From assembly GCA_963828155.1 (NCBI GenBank), contig CAWHDQ010000012.1:162942-226941 (forward strand): 64,000 bases of DNA, in the 5' to 3' direction. Of this stretch, positions 45,465-57,554 are shown one piece after another. This DNA comes from an uncultured Planctomycetaceae bacterium (GTDB taxonomy: Bacteria; Planctomycetota; Planctomycetia; Pirellulales; PALSA-1355). The stretch's first letter is position 1; the number at the start of each line of letters is the position of its first letter. The translations under genes were made by a program, and so were the position numbers. The notes beneath the pieces are model-generated. The model was not told where the DNA came from, did no database searches, and saw only the letters and a list, made by a program, of their open reading frames with translations.

Positions 45465-46901
45465 GTGACGCGTGCTTGTTTCCCCTGGTGGCCAGCAACT
45501 CGCCGCGGGCTGGCGACGCTCGGCATCGTCCTGAGTCTGGCGACCGGGCTGCTGCCTGCCGTTTCGCGCGCCGCCGACGAAGCCGGCCCCGACCTGATTA
45601 AGCTGGTCGTGAATCTGATTGGCGAAAAGGACAAGGATCTGCGGGCCGTCGGGCTCGAGCAAGTTCGCAGCGATGCCAAGGGCGCGGCGGCTACCAAGCA
45701 ATTCGCCGCCCAGCTACCCAAGCTGCCGACCGAATCGCAAGTGGCCTTGCTCAGCGCGCTGGCCGATCGGAGCGACGCGGCGGCCCGGCCCGCGGTCGTC
45801 GAGCTGTTGGCAGCGGCTAAGGACGAACCGGTGCGCGTGGCAGCCCTGGCGGCGCTGGGCCCCTTGGGCGAGCCGGCCGACCTGGAGCGGCTGATCGCCG
45901 CGCTCGGCACGGGACCGAAAGCCGAACAGGCGGCCGCCCGGGCCAGCCTGGTGAGCCTGCGCGGCGAGTCGGTGCCTGGGCTGATCGGCGGGCAATTGAA
46001 ATCGGCTGCTCCGGCGCTGCGCATCGCTTTGATGGAAATCCTGGTTGCCCGCCACGCCCGACAATCGGTGGCCGACATCCTGCCGCAGAGCCTGGATAGC
46101 GACGCTCTGGTGCGAGCCGCGGCAATGTCGGCACTGGGCCAGTTGGCCGAGGGCGAGCAGATCGCCGCGCTGCTGCCCGGCGTGCTCAAGGCCGAGAAAG
46201 GCTCCGAGCGCGAGGCGGCCGAAAAGAGCGTGATGTTCGCCTGCGCTCGAATTGCCGATCCGGAGAAGCGGGCCGAGCCGATCCTGGCGGTCTGGGACGC
46301 GCAAACTCCGGCCGACCGCGTGGCCCTGCTACCGACCTTGGGACGCGTGGGCGGATCGGCGGCGCTGAAGATCGTGGAAGCGGCGATCGCCGACTCCGAC
46401 GCCCCGCGGCACGCGGCGGGCATTCGGGCCTTGTGCAATTGGCCGGCCGCGACGGTCGCCCCGCGGCTGATCGAGCTGGTCAAGGCGGACGAACATCCCG
46501 AGCATCGCACCGCGGCTCTGGCCGCGCTCACGCGGGTCGCTCCGCTGCCCGACAAACGTAGCGGCGACGAGAAGCTGGAAACGCTCAAAACGGCGATGTC
46601 GCTCTGCACCCGCGACGACGAGCGAAATCAAGTGCTCCGCCGGGCGAGCGCCGTGCGGACGCTGCCGACGCTGCACTTCATTGTCGGATATCTGGATCAG
46701 CCGGCCTTCACGCAGCAGGCCTGCGAATCGATTGTCGAGATGGCCCACCACCGCGAGTTTCGCGAGCCGAACAAGGCCGAGTTCGACACGCTGCTCGATC
46801 AGGTGGCGGAAAAGAGCAAGGATCCCGTGGTCGTCGAGCGCGCAGGCCGGTACAAAAAAGGCCAGACCTGGGTCCGGCCGAAGGCGGCGCCGCAGCCGTA
46901 A
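45465..46901 (+). CDS. Secreted HEAT-repeat protein
   Basis: Signal-like N-terminus; VRVAALAALG and VRAAAMSALG repeats. Confidence 0.85.
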   Translation: MTRACFPWWPATRRGLATLGIVLSLATGLLPAVSRAADEAGPDLIKLVVNLIGEKDKDLRAVGLEQVRSDAKGAAATKQFAAQLPKLPTESQVALLSALADRSDAAARPAVVELLAAAKDEPVRVAALAALGPLGEPADLERLIAALGTGPKAEQAAARASLVSLRGESVPGLIGGQLKSAAPALRIALMEILVARHARQSVADILPQSLDSDALVRAAAMSALGQLAEGEQIAALLPGVLKAEKGSEREAAEKSVMFACARIADPEKRAEPILAVWDAQTPADRVALLPTLGRVGGSAALKIVEAAIADSDAPRHAAGIRALCNWPAATVAPRLIELVKADEHPEHRTAALAALTRVAPLPDKRSGDEKLETLKTAMSLCTRDDERNQVLRRASAVRTLPTLHFIVGYLDQPAFTQQACESIVEMAHHREFREPNKAEFDTLLDQVAEKSKDPVVVERAGRYKKGQTWVRPKAAPQP

Positions 46902-47187
46902 GATTGCTAGCATTGCACATCGGGTCGCTGCCTTGCCGGTCGAGGGCCGGCACGGCGCGGCAATTGCACCTTTCCCTCGCAAACCCGCGTGGACACGCAA
47001 GGCACCCCGCCGCTACACTTGGGCCCGTTTGCCTCGCTTGGCGGGACGGTTGCCGCCGGGCGGCAAGCCGGCTGCAGTCCCTTCAGCTATGCTGTCAAAG
47101 AGCTGAGGGGTTCTGCCAGCACCGACGGCCGGCGGCAGGATTCGCCGGCTAACTATTTAGACTCTCGACGCGTTGCATCAGGTTGCC

Positions 47188-48201
47188 ATGCGCATGGACG
47201 GCGTGGACGTATCCCTTCGTTGGCGGCAGCAGCAACTGACCTGGCGGCGGCTGGGTTTGGTGCTGGTCGTCGGCCACGCGGTGATTCTCGGTTCGACGGT
47301 CGGGTTGAACACGTTCGACCTGATCCTGGACGCGGGCCTGTTGGCCCTGATCGTCCGGCCCGAGACCTACTCGCTGCTGGAGCTGGCGCTGCCGATCTGG
47401 ATCTTCGGCGTGGCCTATTTCGACGTCCTGCCGCTAGCCCTCCGCTCGCGCGGCCCGATCCACATTGCCGACTTGTACGGCCTCGAACTGCGGCTATTCG
47501 GCTGGGAAGGCCCCGCGGGGCGGCAAATTCCCGCGCGCTGTTCCGCACGCGGCATTGGCCGGTGCTCGATCTGGTTTGCGGGCTGATCTACATGTGCGAG
47601 TTGGTCCAGCCGTTGGTCTTGGCGGCCTGGCTGTTTTTCTTCGACCGCCTGCGGCTGCCGAAGCTGATCTGGGGATTCCTGCTGCTCAACCTGGCGGGCT
47701 TCGCCACCTGGGTGCTGTTTCCCGCCGCGCCGCCCTGGTACGTCGAGCAGTACGGGCTGGGGCCGGTCGTGCTCGATGCTCCCAGCAGCGCGGCCGGCTT
47801 GTTGCGGCTGGACGACGTGCTGGGCCTGAGCCTGGTCCACGACTACTACGCCCAAAGCGTGAACGTCTTCGGCGCGATGCCGTCGGTTCACGTCGCCGTG
47901 CCGACGCTGATCGCCTGCGTCATGGCCGGGATGGGCTGGCGGTGGTATTTGCCGGCCTTGGTTTTTCTGGGATTGATGGCCTTTGGCGCGGTTTATTTTC
48001 AGCATCATTACGTGATCGACGTGCTGGCCGGGCTGTCCTACGGTCTGGCCAGTTATGGAGTCGTGATCGGCTGGGCCGCGGTTCGCGCCCGGCGGCAAAC
48101 GGCTCCGCTGCCGGTCGAAGCAACGCCTGAGCTACGGCTGGCCGCGCTGGCGGAGCGCCTCGAGCCGCAGCAGCGGCCCCAGCCGGCGCGACGCGGCGTA
48201 A
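47188..48201 (+). CDS. Aur1/inositol-phosphorylceramide synthase-like PAP2 membrane protein; frameshift near 47530, 3' end approximate
   Basis: FPAAPPWYVE, FGAMPSVHVA and HHYVIDVLAG match the Aur1/PAP2_3 motifs. Adjacent to ino1. Confidence 0.82.
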
Positions 48202-48291
48202 AGACCGCAACGACTTGGCATCGACAATTTTTCGCACCGCCGGTACATTACCCACACTGTCAACGGCAAATTCTCGAAAGGATTTCGACGC

Positions 48292-49651
48292 ATGGCTGCG
48301 CACTTCTCTTCGCCGTCTGTTTCTCCCGCTGCTGGACGATTGGGAGTGCTGCTCCCCGGCTTGGGTGCCGTGGCCACGACGTTCATCGCCGGCGTGATGG
48401 CCGTCCGCCGCGGACTGGCTCGCCCGGTGGGCAGCTTGTCGCAGATGCAGGCCCTGTCGCTGGATCGCGACCCGACCGGCTCGGGCCCGACGATTTGCGA
48501 CGCCTTGCCGCTGGCCGGGCTGGACGACATGCGGTTCGGCGGCTGGGACATTCACGGCGAGAATGCCCTGGAGGTCGTGCAGCGGAGCAAAGTGATCGAA
48601 GGTCCGCTGGTCGACAAACTGGCCGACGAGCTGGCGCACATCAAGCCGATGCCGGCCGTCTTCTCGCGGGACTACGTCCGCCGGCTGGAAGGCAACCAGT
48701 TCAAGAACATCACCGGCAAGCGGGCCCAGATGGAAGCCCTGCGGCAGGACATCCGGTCGTTCAAGGAGCGCGAGCACTGCGATCGCGTGGTGCTGCTCTG
48801 GACCGGCTCGACCGAGGTCTTCCGCAAGCCGAGCGCGGTACACTCGAGCATGGCGGCGTTCGAGCAGGGGATGGACCGCAACGATCCGGAAATCTCCCCC
48901 TCGATGCTCTACGCCTGGGCCGCCCTGCAGGAAGGTCTGCGCCTACGCCAACGGGGCCCCCAACCTGTCGCTCGACACCCCGGCCCTGACGCAGCTGGCC
49001 GAAACGGTCGGCGCGCCGATCGCCGGCAAGGATTTCAAGACCGGCCAGACGCTGATCAAGACGGTCCTGGCCCCGATGCTGCAGATTCGGGCTCTGGGCC
49101 TGGCCGGCTGGTTCTCGACGAACATTCTGGGCAATCGCGACGGCGAAGTGCTGCTCGACCCCGATTCGTTCCGCACCAAGGAAGAGTCGAAGCTCGACGT
49201 GCTCAGCTCGATTCTCAACCCGGGCCTGTCGCCGGAGCTGTACAACGACATCTTCCACCTGGTGAACATCAACTACTATCCGCCGCGCGGCGACGCCAAA
49301 GAGGGTTGGGACAACATCGACCTGTTCGGCTGGTTGAACTATCCGATGCAGCTGAAGGTGAATTTCCTGGCCCGCGATTCGATCCTGGCCGCCCCGCTGG
49401 TGCTCGACCTGATCCTGTTCCTCGATCTGGCCCAACGGGCCGGGCTGTCAGGCGCCCAGGATTGGCTGTCGTTCTACTTCAAGACGCCGCAGTCGTCGAA
49501 CCCCGACATGCCCTGCGAGAACGACGTGTTCCGGCAACACGCCGTACTGCACGGCAAGCTCCGCTCGCTGGTCGGCAAGACCGCTGCGCGATCGGTCCCG
49601 GCCATGCACACCGCGGTCCGCAACGGCGCGAGCAGCGCGACCGTCAGCTGA
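48292..49651 (+). CDS. ino1: myo-Inositol-1-phosphate synthase, frameshift near 48940
   Basis: GLGAVATT, FGGWD, LWTGSTE, GKDFKTGQTL.K, WFSTNILGNRDG, KEGWDNID and RDSILAAPLVLDL. Confidence 0.95.
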
Positions 49652-49678
49652 AGCGAAGCTTAAATCGGAACATCCCAC

Positions 49679-49718
49679 AAGCGGCGGCGATGAAGAATCG
49701 CCGCCGCTTTCTTTTTTT
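49679..49718 (+). terminator. Rho-independent terminator after ino1
   Basis: 13-bp perfect stem aagcggcggcgat/atcgccgccgctt, 5-nt loop, followed by a T tract. Confidence 0.9.
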
Positions 49719-49829
49719 GGAGTGCCGCTGGTTGGGCTGACATCCCACTCGCGCGTCGGAATGACGAACGCGGAGAAGCCGTTGGGCACTGTGGGCAATC
49801 GGACCCCGTGAGCCTGGCGCTGGCCGCTG

Positions 49830-51017
49830 CTACGCAGCGCGAGAACCCGCTCTGTCCTCGGCCGCGCACTCTTGCGCGGCCTGGGCCGAGGGGAGCGTGA
49901 GCTGATAATTCCAGGCCCAGGCTACGGCGACCCGAACCAGCAGCCAGGCCAAGCGGTGATCGAGCGCCTCGACCCGGGCCAGCACGTCCATGCCGCCGGC
50001 GCTGAGGATCGCTCCGCCCACGGCCACCACGGCCGAACGGCCTGCCGAGACGGCTCCCGGCACTCGGGCGTGCCGCAACCAGGCGAAATAAGCCAGCACG
50101 AACACACCGTAGGACAAACCCGTCGCGAGCCATGCCGGCCACGTCAGCCACCCGACAGCTAGCACCACCGCGCCGAAATCGAGCACCGTGACCACCACGT
50201 TGCCGATCGCCTCCGCGCGGGGCATCTTCCGCGGCGTGCGGAGGCCCGAGCCGGTGTCGAGCAAATTGCCCACGTACCACAGCCGGTAGGCGGCCGTGAA
50301 CTGGGTCGAAATCGTCAGCAGCAGGATCGTGGCCACTACCAGTGGGTGCGGGGCAAATTGCACCGCCGCCGGCAGCCAGGGATCGACCAGCGGGCTGAAA
50401 AGCGCCGCCAATCCCAGCAATACCAGCCGCTCGGGCCGCTGCATCAAGCCGACTTTCATCTCGATGCCCAGGCTCTCGCCCCGGGCGCGAATGTAAGGCA
50501 CCAAAAACGAGCCGGCCAGAAACATCAGCAGGGCCAAAAGCACCCACTCGTTGCGGTAGAACCAGGCCAGGCCGATGATCATCGCGGCTTCGGCGTAGCG
50601 GTCGAGGATCGAATCGAGGGCGGCGCCGCGGGAGGTCGATTGGTTGCCGGTCCGGGCGACACGACCGTCCAAGTAATCGCAAATGCCGGCAGCCAGGTAC
50701 AATCCGCCCCCCAAACCGAACTGGCCCACGGCCGTGCTCACGCCCGCCGCCAGGGCGAACAGGACCGAAACGCTGGTAATGGCATCGGGCGGCACACCGG
50801 CGGCCACGAGCGTGGCCACGACGGGCATCATCAGCCAGGCGAAATAGTGGCGAATCCAGGCGCCGAGGATGACGCTCGTCGGTCGGACGGCGATTTCGGC
50901 GTCGCGGTAGCGTCCGCGGCGCGCCTTGCGCCAGCAGAACAGGGCAAAGCCGCCGACGAAGTAGATGCCCACCAGGGCCACCGGCAGAATCTTGGCGTAA
51001 CGCAGCAATTCGGTCAT
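49830..51017 (-). CDS. CDP-alcohol phosphatidyltransferase (PI/PIP synthase-like) with C-terminal GtrA-like domain
   Basis: PDAIT, DYLDGRVAR...GAALDSILDRY, YIRARGE and GLMQRPER. C-terminal VVTVLDF...WNY hydrophobic domain. Confidence 0.88.
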   Translation of the reverse strand: MTELLRYAKILPVALVGIYFVGGFALFCWRKARRGRYRDAEIAVRPTSVILGAWIRHYFAWLMMPVVATLVAAGVPPDAITSVSVLFALAAGVSTAVGQFGLGGGLYLAAGICDYLDGRVARTGNQSTSRGAALDSILDRYAEAAMIIGLAWFYRNEWVLLALLMFLAGSFLVPYIRARGESLGIEMKVGLMQRPERLVLLGLAALFSPLVDPWLPAAVQFAPHPLVVATILLLTISTQFTAAYRLWYVGNLLDTGSGLRTPRKMPRAEAIGNVVVTVLDFGAVVLAVGWLTWPAWLATGLSYGVFVLAYFAWLRHARVPGAVSAGRSAVVAVGGAILSAGGMDVLARVEALDHRLAWLLVRVAVAWAWNYQLTLPSAQAAQECAAEDRAGSRAA

Positions 51018-51315
51018 GGTGCTTCTGGAGTGCTTGCCAGCAGGAGATGGGATGAGTTCACAGCCGGAGGGCGAGCGTCGGCCCGGCACAGTCGTGGTGG
51101 ACTAGCTTGACCGACGAATGCAAATCATATCGTCTCGTGCGCTCGTGGGGCTAGCGGAGTTTGCCGCGCCCGATCAGCACCGGCAAGGAACCGCGGAGCC
51201 ATTGGCCGGTTCGTACCTGTCCCTCAGGCTGCGATTGTCACGGGGGCCGACAGCCGGTAAAACTCGCAGGCGCGGTCGGCCGCGAATGCAGCCTGCATGG
51301 TCTCGCGGCACTGCG

Positions 51316-52518
51316 ATGGCTGGCCCCGAAACTGCCTGCGAAGGATCGCCCTTGGAACGCCTGCGCATTGCCCTGGTCGTCGATCATTTCCTGCCCCGGA
51401 TCGGCGGGATCGAGCTGCACGTCGCCGACGTGGCCCGCCGGCTGGCGGCCGCCGGACACGAGCCGTGCGTAATCACGACCACCCCGGGCGGCGACCGCGT
51501 CGATCAGGTGCCGGTCACCCGCCTGGCAGCCCGCTTGCTGCCGCGGTTCCAGGTCTCGCCCGACCCACGGGCGTTTTTTCGGCTCCGTGCGCTGCTCGAA
51601 GACGGACGTTTCGACGTCGTTCACGTTCACAGCAGCATTATTTCGCCGCTGGCCTATTCGACGGTTTACTGGTGCCAGCGGTTGCGGATCCCGCACGTGC
51701 TGACCAGCCATTCGGTGTGGGGCAATTCGTCGAACGTGGCTTGGGTGCTGAGGCGACTGTTTCCACACTCGTTCGATGCACGCTTTGGACCACCGTCAGC
51801 CGCTACACAGCGCGGCGGTTGGAGCGGGCCGGCCTGCCGGAGGTAGCCCTGCTGCCCAACGGCATCGACGTCTCGGCCTGGGACACCCGGCGCACTCTCG
51901 GCGGCCGAGCTGCGCGTGGCCAGCGTGATGCGGATGAATGTCAAGAAGCGGCCGCAGGATCTCATCCGCGCCATTCCGGAAATCCAGCACCGGCTGGGCC
52001 CCGAGCGGCCCGTCCGGTTCACGCTGGTGGGCGATGGCCCGTATCGCCCCAACGTTGAGCGGCTGGTCGACCGATTGAACCTACGCGACACGGTAACGCT
52101 GGCCGGCCGGATGTCGCGCCCGCAGATTCAAGAAGTCTTTCGCCAGACCGACCTGTTCGTGTTGCCCACGGTACTCGAGGCTTTTGGCATCGCCGTGCTC
52201 GAGGCCCGCTGTGCCGGTCTGCCGTCGGTCGTCATTCGCTCGTCCGGTGCGGCCGAGCTGGTGCGTGACGGCCAGCAGGGCCGCCATGCCCGCAATCGGC
52301 GCGAGCTGGCGCCGGTGATCGCAGAATTGCTCGCCGATCCTCTGGGACGGGAACGGATGGGCAGGCAAGCCCGCGAGGGTGTCGACGAATTCGCCTGGCC
52401 CCAAGTGATCCAGCGGCATCTCGACTTTTACGATCGGGCGCGGGAAAAGGTCGGCCGGATCGCGAAGCGGCCCGTCGTGCTGCCCGCGCCCTGCTCGACC
52501 GGCAACGCCGCGGCTTAA
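51316..52518 (+). CDS. GT4 glycosyltransferase (PimA/PIG-A-like), frameshifted near 51780-51890
   Basis: DHFLPRIGGIELHV, DVVHVH, PNGID, GDGP and EAFGIAVLEA. Confidence 0.9.
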
Positions 52519-52632
52519 GATCCGCCCGCGTTGTTGTTACTGCTGCGTGCCCATCGCTCATATCCCCTGCCGCATCTCCCCGTATCTCCTCCACAAATTC
52601 CCCCGTTCCCGACTGCGACACACGTTGCGTAT

Positions 52633-53168
52633 TCAGCCGTGGCGCAGAGTCCTCCTCGCCGAAGGCCCTGCGCCGAGCAGCCCGCGCTCGATGGGCCGGC
52701 GAATGCGAATGTGCCAGGGCTCGCTGCGGCTCAGCGGCGGAGCCAGGATCGTGAACAGTCCGGCCAGCCGACCCGCCAATACGTCGGTAAACAACTGATC
52801 GCCCAAAATCGCCCCCGCGGCCGCCGGCAATTCCAACTGCCGCAACACGCGGCGGCAAACGAACGGCAGCGGCTTGCGGGCTCGCGAAAAGCAGGGCACG
52901 CCGTCGATGCCCGGGCGTAGGGCGTCAGATAATCGGGCTTGCAATTCGAGACCAAGGCCAGCCGCACGCCCGACTGCAGGATGCCGTCGATCCAGTCGGT
53001 CACCTGGGCAGTAAACTGGGTGTCGTAATGCCCCTTGAGCGTGCCATCAAGGTCGACCAGCAGTCCGCGAATCCCCTGCCCGACGAGCAGCTCCGGGCCG
53101 ACGGACAGAAAGTTCTCTACCCACAGGTCGGGGCCGAACCAGCGGCGAAACGTCCGGCGGACAACCAT
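52633..53168 (-). CDS. YqeG-type HAD IIIA phosphatase (lipid phosphate phosphatase candidate), frameshift near 52920
   Basis: GIRGLLVDLDGTL, VSN, ARKP and GDQLFTDVLAG. Confidence 0.88.
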
Positions 53169-53304
53169 TAGCGGCGGATCTCCAGGCGGTCTGCGAAATG
53201 GCGTGCCAACAAGCGGCCCGGGTGGCGGACGGGTTGGCACGCACCGGCAACGCGTGCAATATAGCGGGCGTCGCCAGAGCGTCGAGCCGCGGAAAAGTCT
53301 GCGC

Positions 53305-54349
53305 TCAACTCGACGATGGTTCGACCAGCGCCGGCTCGAATCCCCGGAGCTGCGAATCGAGCTCGCCTTGCGAGGGTATGTGCAAGACCTGCCCCGACTG
53401 GAACAGCGCCTTCCAGCCGAGCACGACCAGTCCTGGGACGATCGTCGCATACAGCGAAACGCCGTGAAACAGGAGCGCGGCGAGCAGGGCCCGCTCCGGG
53501 TCGACGTTCTGGCGACTGTAAACCAGGCAGATGGCCGCTTCGTAGACGCCCAGGTGACCGGGGGCCACGGGCAGCAGCGTGGCCACGTCGACCGCTCCGA
53601 CCACCACCAGCGGCACATACCACGGCAAGTCGAGCGACAAACTTTCCTGGACTGACCAGACGGCGGCCGCACGGAGCAACTTCTTGCTGCAGGCCAGCAG
53701 CGTGGCCACGAGCATCCGCCGCGGATTGAGCATCTCGCCCAATTGGCCACCCCAGTTGGTCACCAGCTGCAGCCAGCGCGGTTCGTCGGCGGCATTGTGC
53801 CCGGCTCGGGCACGGCGGCGGCGTGCGGTGCCGGCGGCGATCCAGAGCACGGCGTACAAAAGCACGGCCCCGGCCGCCAACCCTCCCGCCGTCAGTCCCA
53901 GTGGGCCGGGGATTGCCACGAACATCGCCAGCGGGGCGAGCAGGCCGACCTTGGCAAAACCCTCGGCCACTTGATCAAGGGCGATGATCGACGCGGCCGC
54001 CACCGGCGTCAGCCTTTCGATGCGCACCAACTGGTACAGCGCGAAGGCATGTCCCGCCAGGTGATGCACCGTGTTTTGCAGCAGCGACATCACCGTGACG
54101 ATCCGGTACAGGCTCATCACCGGGCGGCGAATTGTCCGGCGGCAGAAACAGTTTCCATTCGCAGGCGGTCAGAAACAGCAGCGTCGTGGCCGTGGCCAGC
54201 GCCAACACGACCCAGCCGACGCGGATCTCGGAGCCGTGCTGCATGAGGAGCGCGAAGTCGAGCCCCTTGGCAACGTGCCAGAGCAGCAAGCCGCCCACGG
54301 CGGTGCCCAGCACCAGACCGACCAGTCGAATCACAAATTTGCCACGCAT
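53305..54349 (-). CDS. LPG_synthase_TM/UPF0104 flippase-like membrane protein, frameshift near 54125
   Basis: Multi-TM protein with the P..PGHLGVYEAA motif. Confidence 0.8.
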
Positions 54350-54363
54350 CGAAAAGTGCTCCT

Positions 54364-55279
54364 TCAAGCCGCCCGGCCGGGCCGATCGGCCAGCAGCCCA
54401 ACCGGCCCTCCGGCCGAATGCCAATGCGAACCGAATGCACGGATGACTACGTTGTTATTGTGTCCGTCCAGGTTCACCTCGCGGAACAGCCCGTTGATCC
54501 CGGCCAGTCCGGTCGACAAGGGCGGCAAGCGGCAGGGAACGATCAACCGCGGAACCCGGCGGTGCGCCAGGTGACCGCAGAACCAGACATCGTCGACGAA
54601 AAATGCCTCCGGCGGCCCGCTGGCCAGCTCGCGTACCTGCTCATCGAAGAACTGCGGCTGGACCAGGATTCCCCAGGTGCCGGTGAGCACGTCGACCGAC
54701 AGCGGCTCGTCGAGCTCGCTGGCGTAACGGGTCCGCGTGGCCTGCCAATCGAGCGACTCGGGCAGTACCCAGCCGCGCAGGCCAAGCGCGGCATCGGGCC
54801 GCCGCTCGTGCCAGGCGCGGCAGGTTGGCGACCAGATCGGGCGGGTAGATTGTGTCGTCGTCGACGGCCAGAATCAGCGTGCTTGGATCGCGCTCTTGAA
54901 GCAGCGTCGGAATCAGCTTCGTCGCCGGCCCCCAGTCGTCGCATGCCAGCACGCTCACCGCCGTGCTCTCGGCCAGGAAGGGCGGCAGCCGGTAGCCGCA
55001 ACCTTCGCGCCGCGAGTGGCCGGGCACCGCCAGCAGAATGTCGTCGGCCGGGACCGTCTGATCGATCAGGGAATTGAGGACCGTCTTGATCCGGCCGATC
55101 CGGCTGGGAATGGTGGTCAGCGAAATCACCACCCGCGGGCGCCCTGGCAGGGGTGCTGCTGGCGCCGGCTTTGGCAGCAGCCGGCAGGCGGACAGACGGA
55201 GCCGCCTTTTCCAGAGCTTCACTATATTGCCGATCGGCACCCGTTGGTACACTCTCGCCGCTTCGCAAAGCTCGCTCAT
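54364..55279 (-). CDS. GT-A fold glycosyltransferase, frameshifted
   Basis: VVISLTTIPSRI, DWGPATKL, VDDDTIYP and FVDDVWFCGHL. Confidence 0.8.
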
Positions 55280-55595
55280 CAACGACACGTCGCTACCCGG
55301 GTAGTGGAAGACTCGCGGCGAGCCAGTCGCGCTGAGGGGGATCGCTTCAATGAGTTGCGATTAAACGCTATCCGTCGGCCAGTGGCAATCTCAGTCGCGT
55401 GCTGTCGAACCTCCCCAATCGGCTGGCAGCAAAGGGATCCAATCTCGGGGGCAGCGTCGGATCCGGGTAACTGCGCCTCACAATCGTCAGACATGGAAAT
55501 GATTTCCAAAGTTTCCCCAGTTGCCAACCGATCTACAGTGAAAACTGGATCGATCTGCGCCCCCGTTGCCGGCTTTCGGCATCCACCTGGCGGTC

Positions 55596-57554
55596 ATGGC
55601 TTCCGTGCGGCAACCGTCCTTCATCGACTTGCCGAGGCTGCACCCCATGCTTGGTAAGAGCAGCCGGCGGCAGTTCGCGCAGTATCGCGAGGACGGCGCC
55701 AGCGGGTCCGCGACGATCGCCAACGAAGGTAAATCGCGGCGGGCCTACGTCTCGGTACACGAGGTCAGTCGGCTGATGGCCGACATGCTTCGCGGGCACC
55801 GCTTGGGGATCGTGTTCACGCTGGCCGCTTTGGCCGCATCTTCCCTGTTGCTGCTGTTACCCGCCGCGGCGACGAAGCTGACGGTCGATTACATTCTGGC
55901 CAGCCAGCCGCTCCCCGAATCGTTAGCCGGCTGGGTACCCACGACCAATCCACGGCTGCTGCTGTTCTTCTGCGGCGGCGTGATCGCCGCCGCGACGCTG
56001 ATCGAGCTGCTGGTTCGCGTCACCTGCCGCCGCTACCTGTTTGCTGTGGCGACTCAGGCCCAGGCCGTGCTGGGCCGCCGCGTGCTCGACCACGCCCTGC
56101 GGCTGCCACTGTACCGGATCCAGCAACTTAAGTCGGGCGGCGCCACGCACCTATTTCGCGAGGACGTGGGCAACTTCGCCGACTTCATGATGGAGCTGGT
56201 CTACGATCCCTGGCGTTCGTTGATTCGCCTGGTCGGCAGCCTGATCGTCCTGTGTTGGGTCGATTGGCGGCTGCTGCTGGCCCTCATCAGCCTGTCGCCT
56301 GTGCTCTATTGGAACCACCGCAGCTGGATCGTGCGAATGCGACCCAAGTATCACGCGATCGCCGAACGCCGCCGACTGCTCGACGCCCAATTGACCGAGG
56401 TCTTCAGCGGATTCCGCGTCGTGCGGGCATTCTCGCGGGCTCGGGCCGAATTGGGACGCCTGATCCGGCAGCAGCACTTCTTGGCGCGTTTGCAACTCGA
56501 CGTGAGCAACGCCCGAACTCGGACTGTCGTCTGGGAACTGGCCGCGGCTGTGGCCTCCATGGCGGTATTGACCTACGGCGGCCTGCAAGTGCTGGAGGGG
56601 GACCTGTCGCTGGGCGACCTGGTGATGTTCCTCAGCCTGCTGGCGATGCTGGTCGGCCCGCTCGAAGAGTTTGGCCAACAATGCTGCCGCCGCGCAGAAA
56701 GGCCTGGTCGGCTTGCAGCGCGTCCTCGACCTGCTGGCCGAGCCTTGCGAGTCGCCGACCCCCGTGGAACACCGTATTGGGCCCGCCCTGCTGGCTGGCC
56801 AGATCACGCTCTCGCGAGTCAGCTTTCGCTATCCGGTGCGCAGGGCTTCGCCCTGTCGGATGTCGACTTGCGGATCGAGGCCGGCGAAACCGTGGCCCTG
56901 GTCGGCGCCAGCGGGGCCGGTAAATCGACTCTGTGCAACCTGGTGGCCCGGTTCTACGATCCCACGCAGGGCCACATCGAGATCGACGGTCGCGATCTGC
57001 GGCGGTGGGACGTCGAATCGTATCGTTCGCTGCTCGGCATCGTCGATCAGGACGTGTTTCTGTTCGACGGCACGCTCCGCGAAAATATCGCCTACGCCGC
57101 CGCCCGGGCCAGCGACCGCGAGATCGAATTGGCCGCCCGGGCAGCCCACCTGCACGAGTATATCCAGTCCACGCCACTCGGCTACGACACGCCGATCGGT
57201 GAGCGCGGCGTGCAGCTCAGCGGCGGCCAGCGGCAGCGACTGGCCATCGCCCGGGCGCTGCTCGTCGACCCGCGCATTCTGATTCTGGACGAAGCCACGA
57301 GCAATCTGGACAGCGTCAGCGAGCAGGCTATCCAAGAAGGACTCGAAGGACTTTTGCAGGGCCGCACTTGCCTGCTGATCGCTCATCGGCTGAGCACCAT
57401 TCTACGGGCCGATCGGATAGCGGTCTTCGAGGCCGGGCGGATCGTCGAGATCGGCACGCACAGCGAGCTGCTGGCGCGCTGCGGCGTCTATCACCGGCTG
57501 TTCGAGACGCAGCTGGCCGCCCTGCTGACCGACCCGCTGCCGTGCGCGGCCTGA
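55596..57554 (+). CDS. ABC exporter, fused TMD+NBD (MsbA-like); compensating frameshifts at about 56670-56840
   Basis: TM domain, GASGAGKST, LSGGQRQ, LILDEATS and IAHRLST. Confidence 0.92.
   Translation: MASVRQPSFIDLPRLHPMLGKSSRRQFAQYREDGASGSATIANEGKSRRAYVSVHEVSRLMADMLRGHRLGIVFTLAALAASSLLLLLPAAATKLTVDYILASQPLPESLAGWVPTTNPRLLLFFCGGVIAAATLIELLVRVTCRRYLFAVATQAQAVLGRRVLDHALRLPLYRIQQLKSGGATHLFREDVGNFADFMMELVYDPWRSLIRLVGSLIVLCWVDWRLLLALISLSPVLYWNHRSWIVRMRPKYHAIAERRRLLDAQLTEVFSGFRVVRAFSRARAELGRLIRQQHFLARLQLDVSNARTRTVVWELAAAVASMAVLTYGGLQVLEGDLSLGDLVMFLSLLAMLVGPLEEFGQQCCRRAERPGRLAARPRPAGRALRVADPRGTPYWARPAGWPDHALASQLSLSGAQGFALSDVDLRIEAGETVALVGASGAGKSTLCNLVARFYDPTQGHIEIDGRDLRRWDVESYRSLLGIVDQDVFLFDGTLRENIAYAAARASDREIELAARAAHLHEYIQSTPLGYDTPIGERGVQLSGGQRQRLAIARALLVDPRILILDEATSNLDSVSEQAIQEGLEGLLQGRTCLLIAHRLSTILRADRIAVFEAGRIVEIGTHSELLARCGVYHRLFETQLAALLTDPLPCAA

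Noticed and set aside
46989..48989. 666-aa ORF implying an Aur1-like/Ino1 fusion
   Set aside because: The downstream part is out of frame with ino1 and looks like non-coding read-through, probably after an indel.
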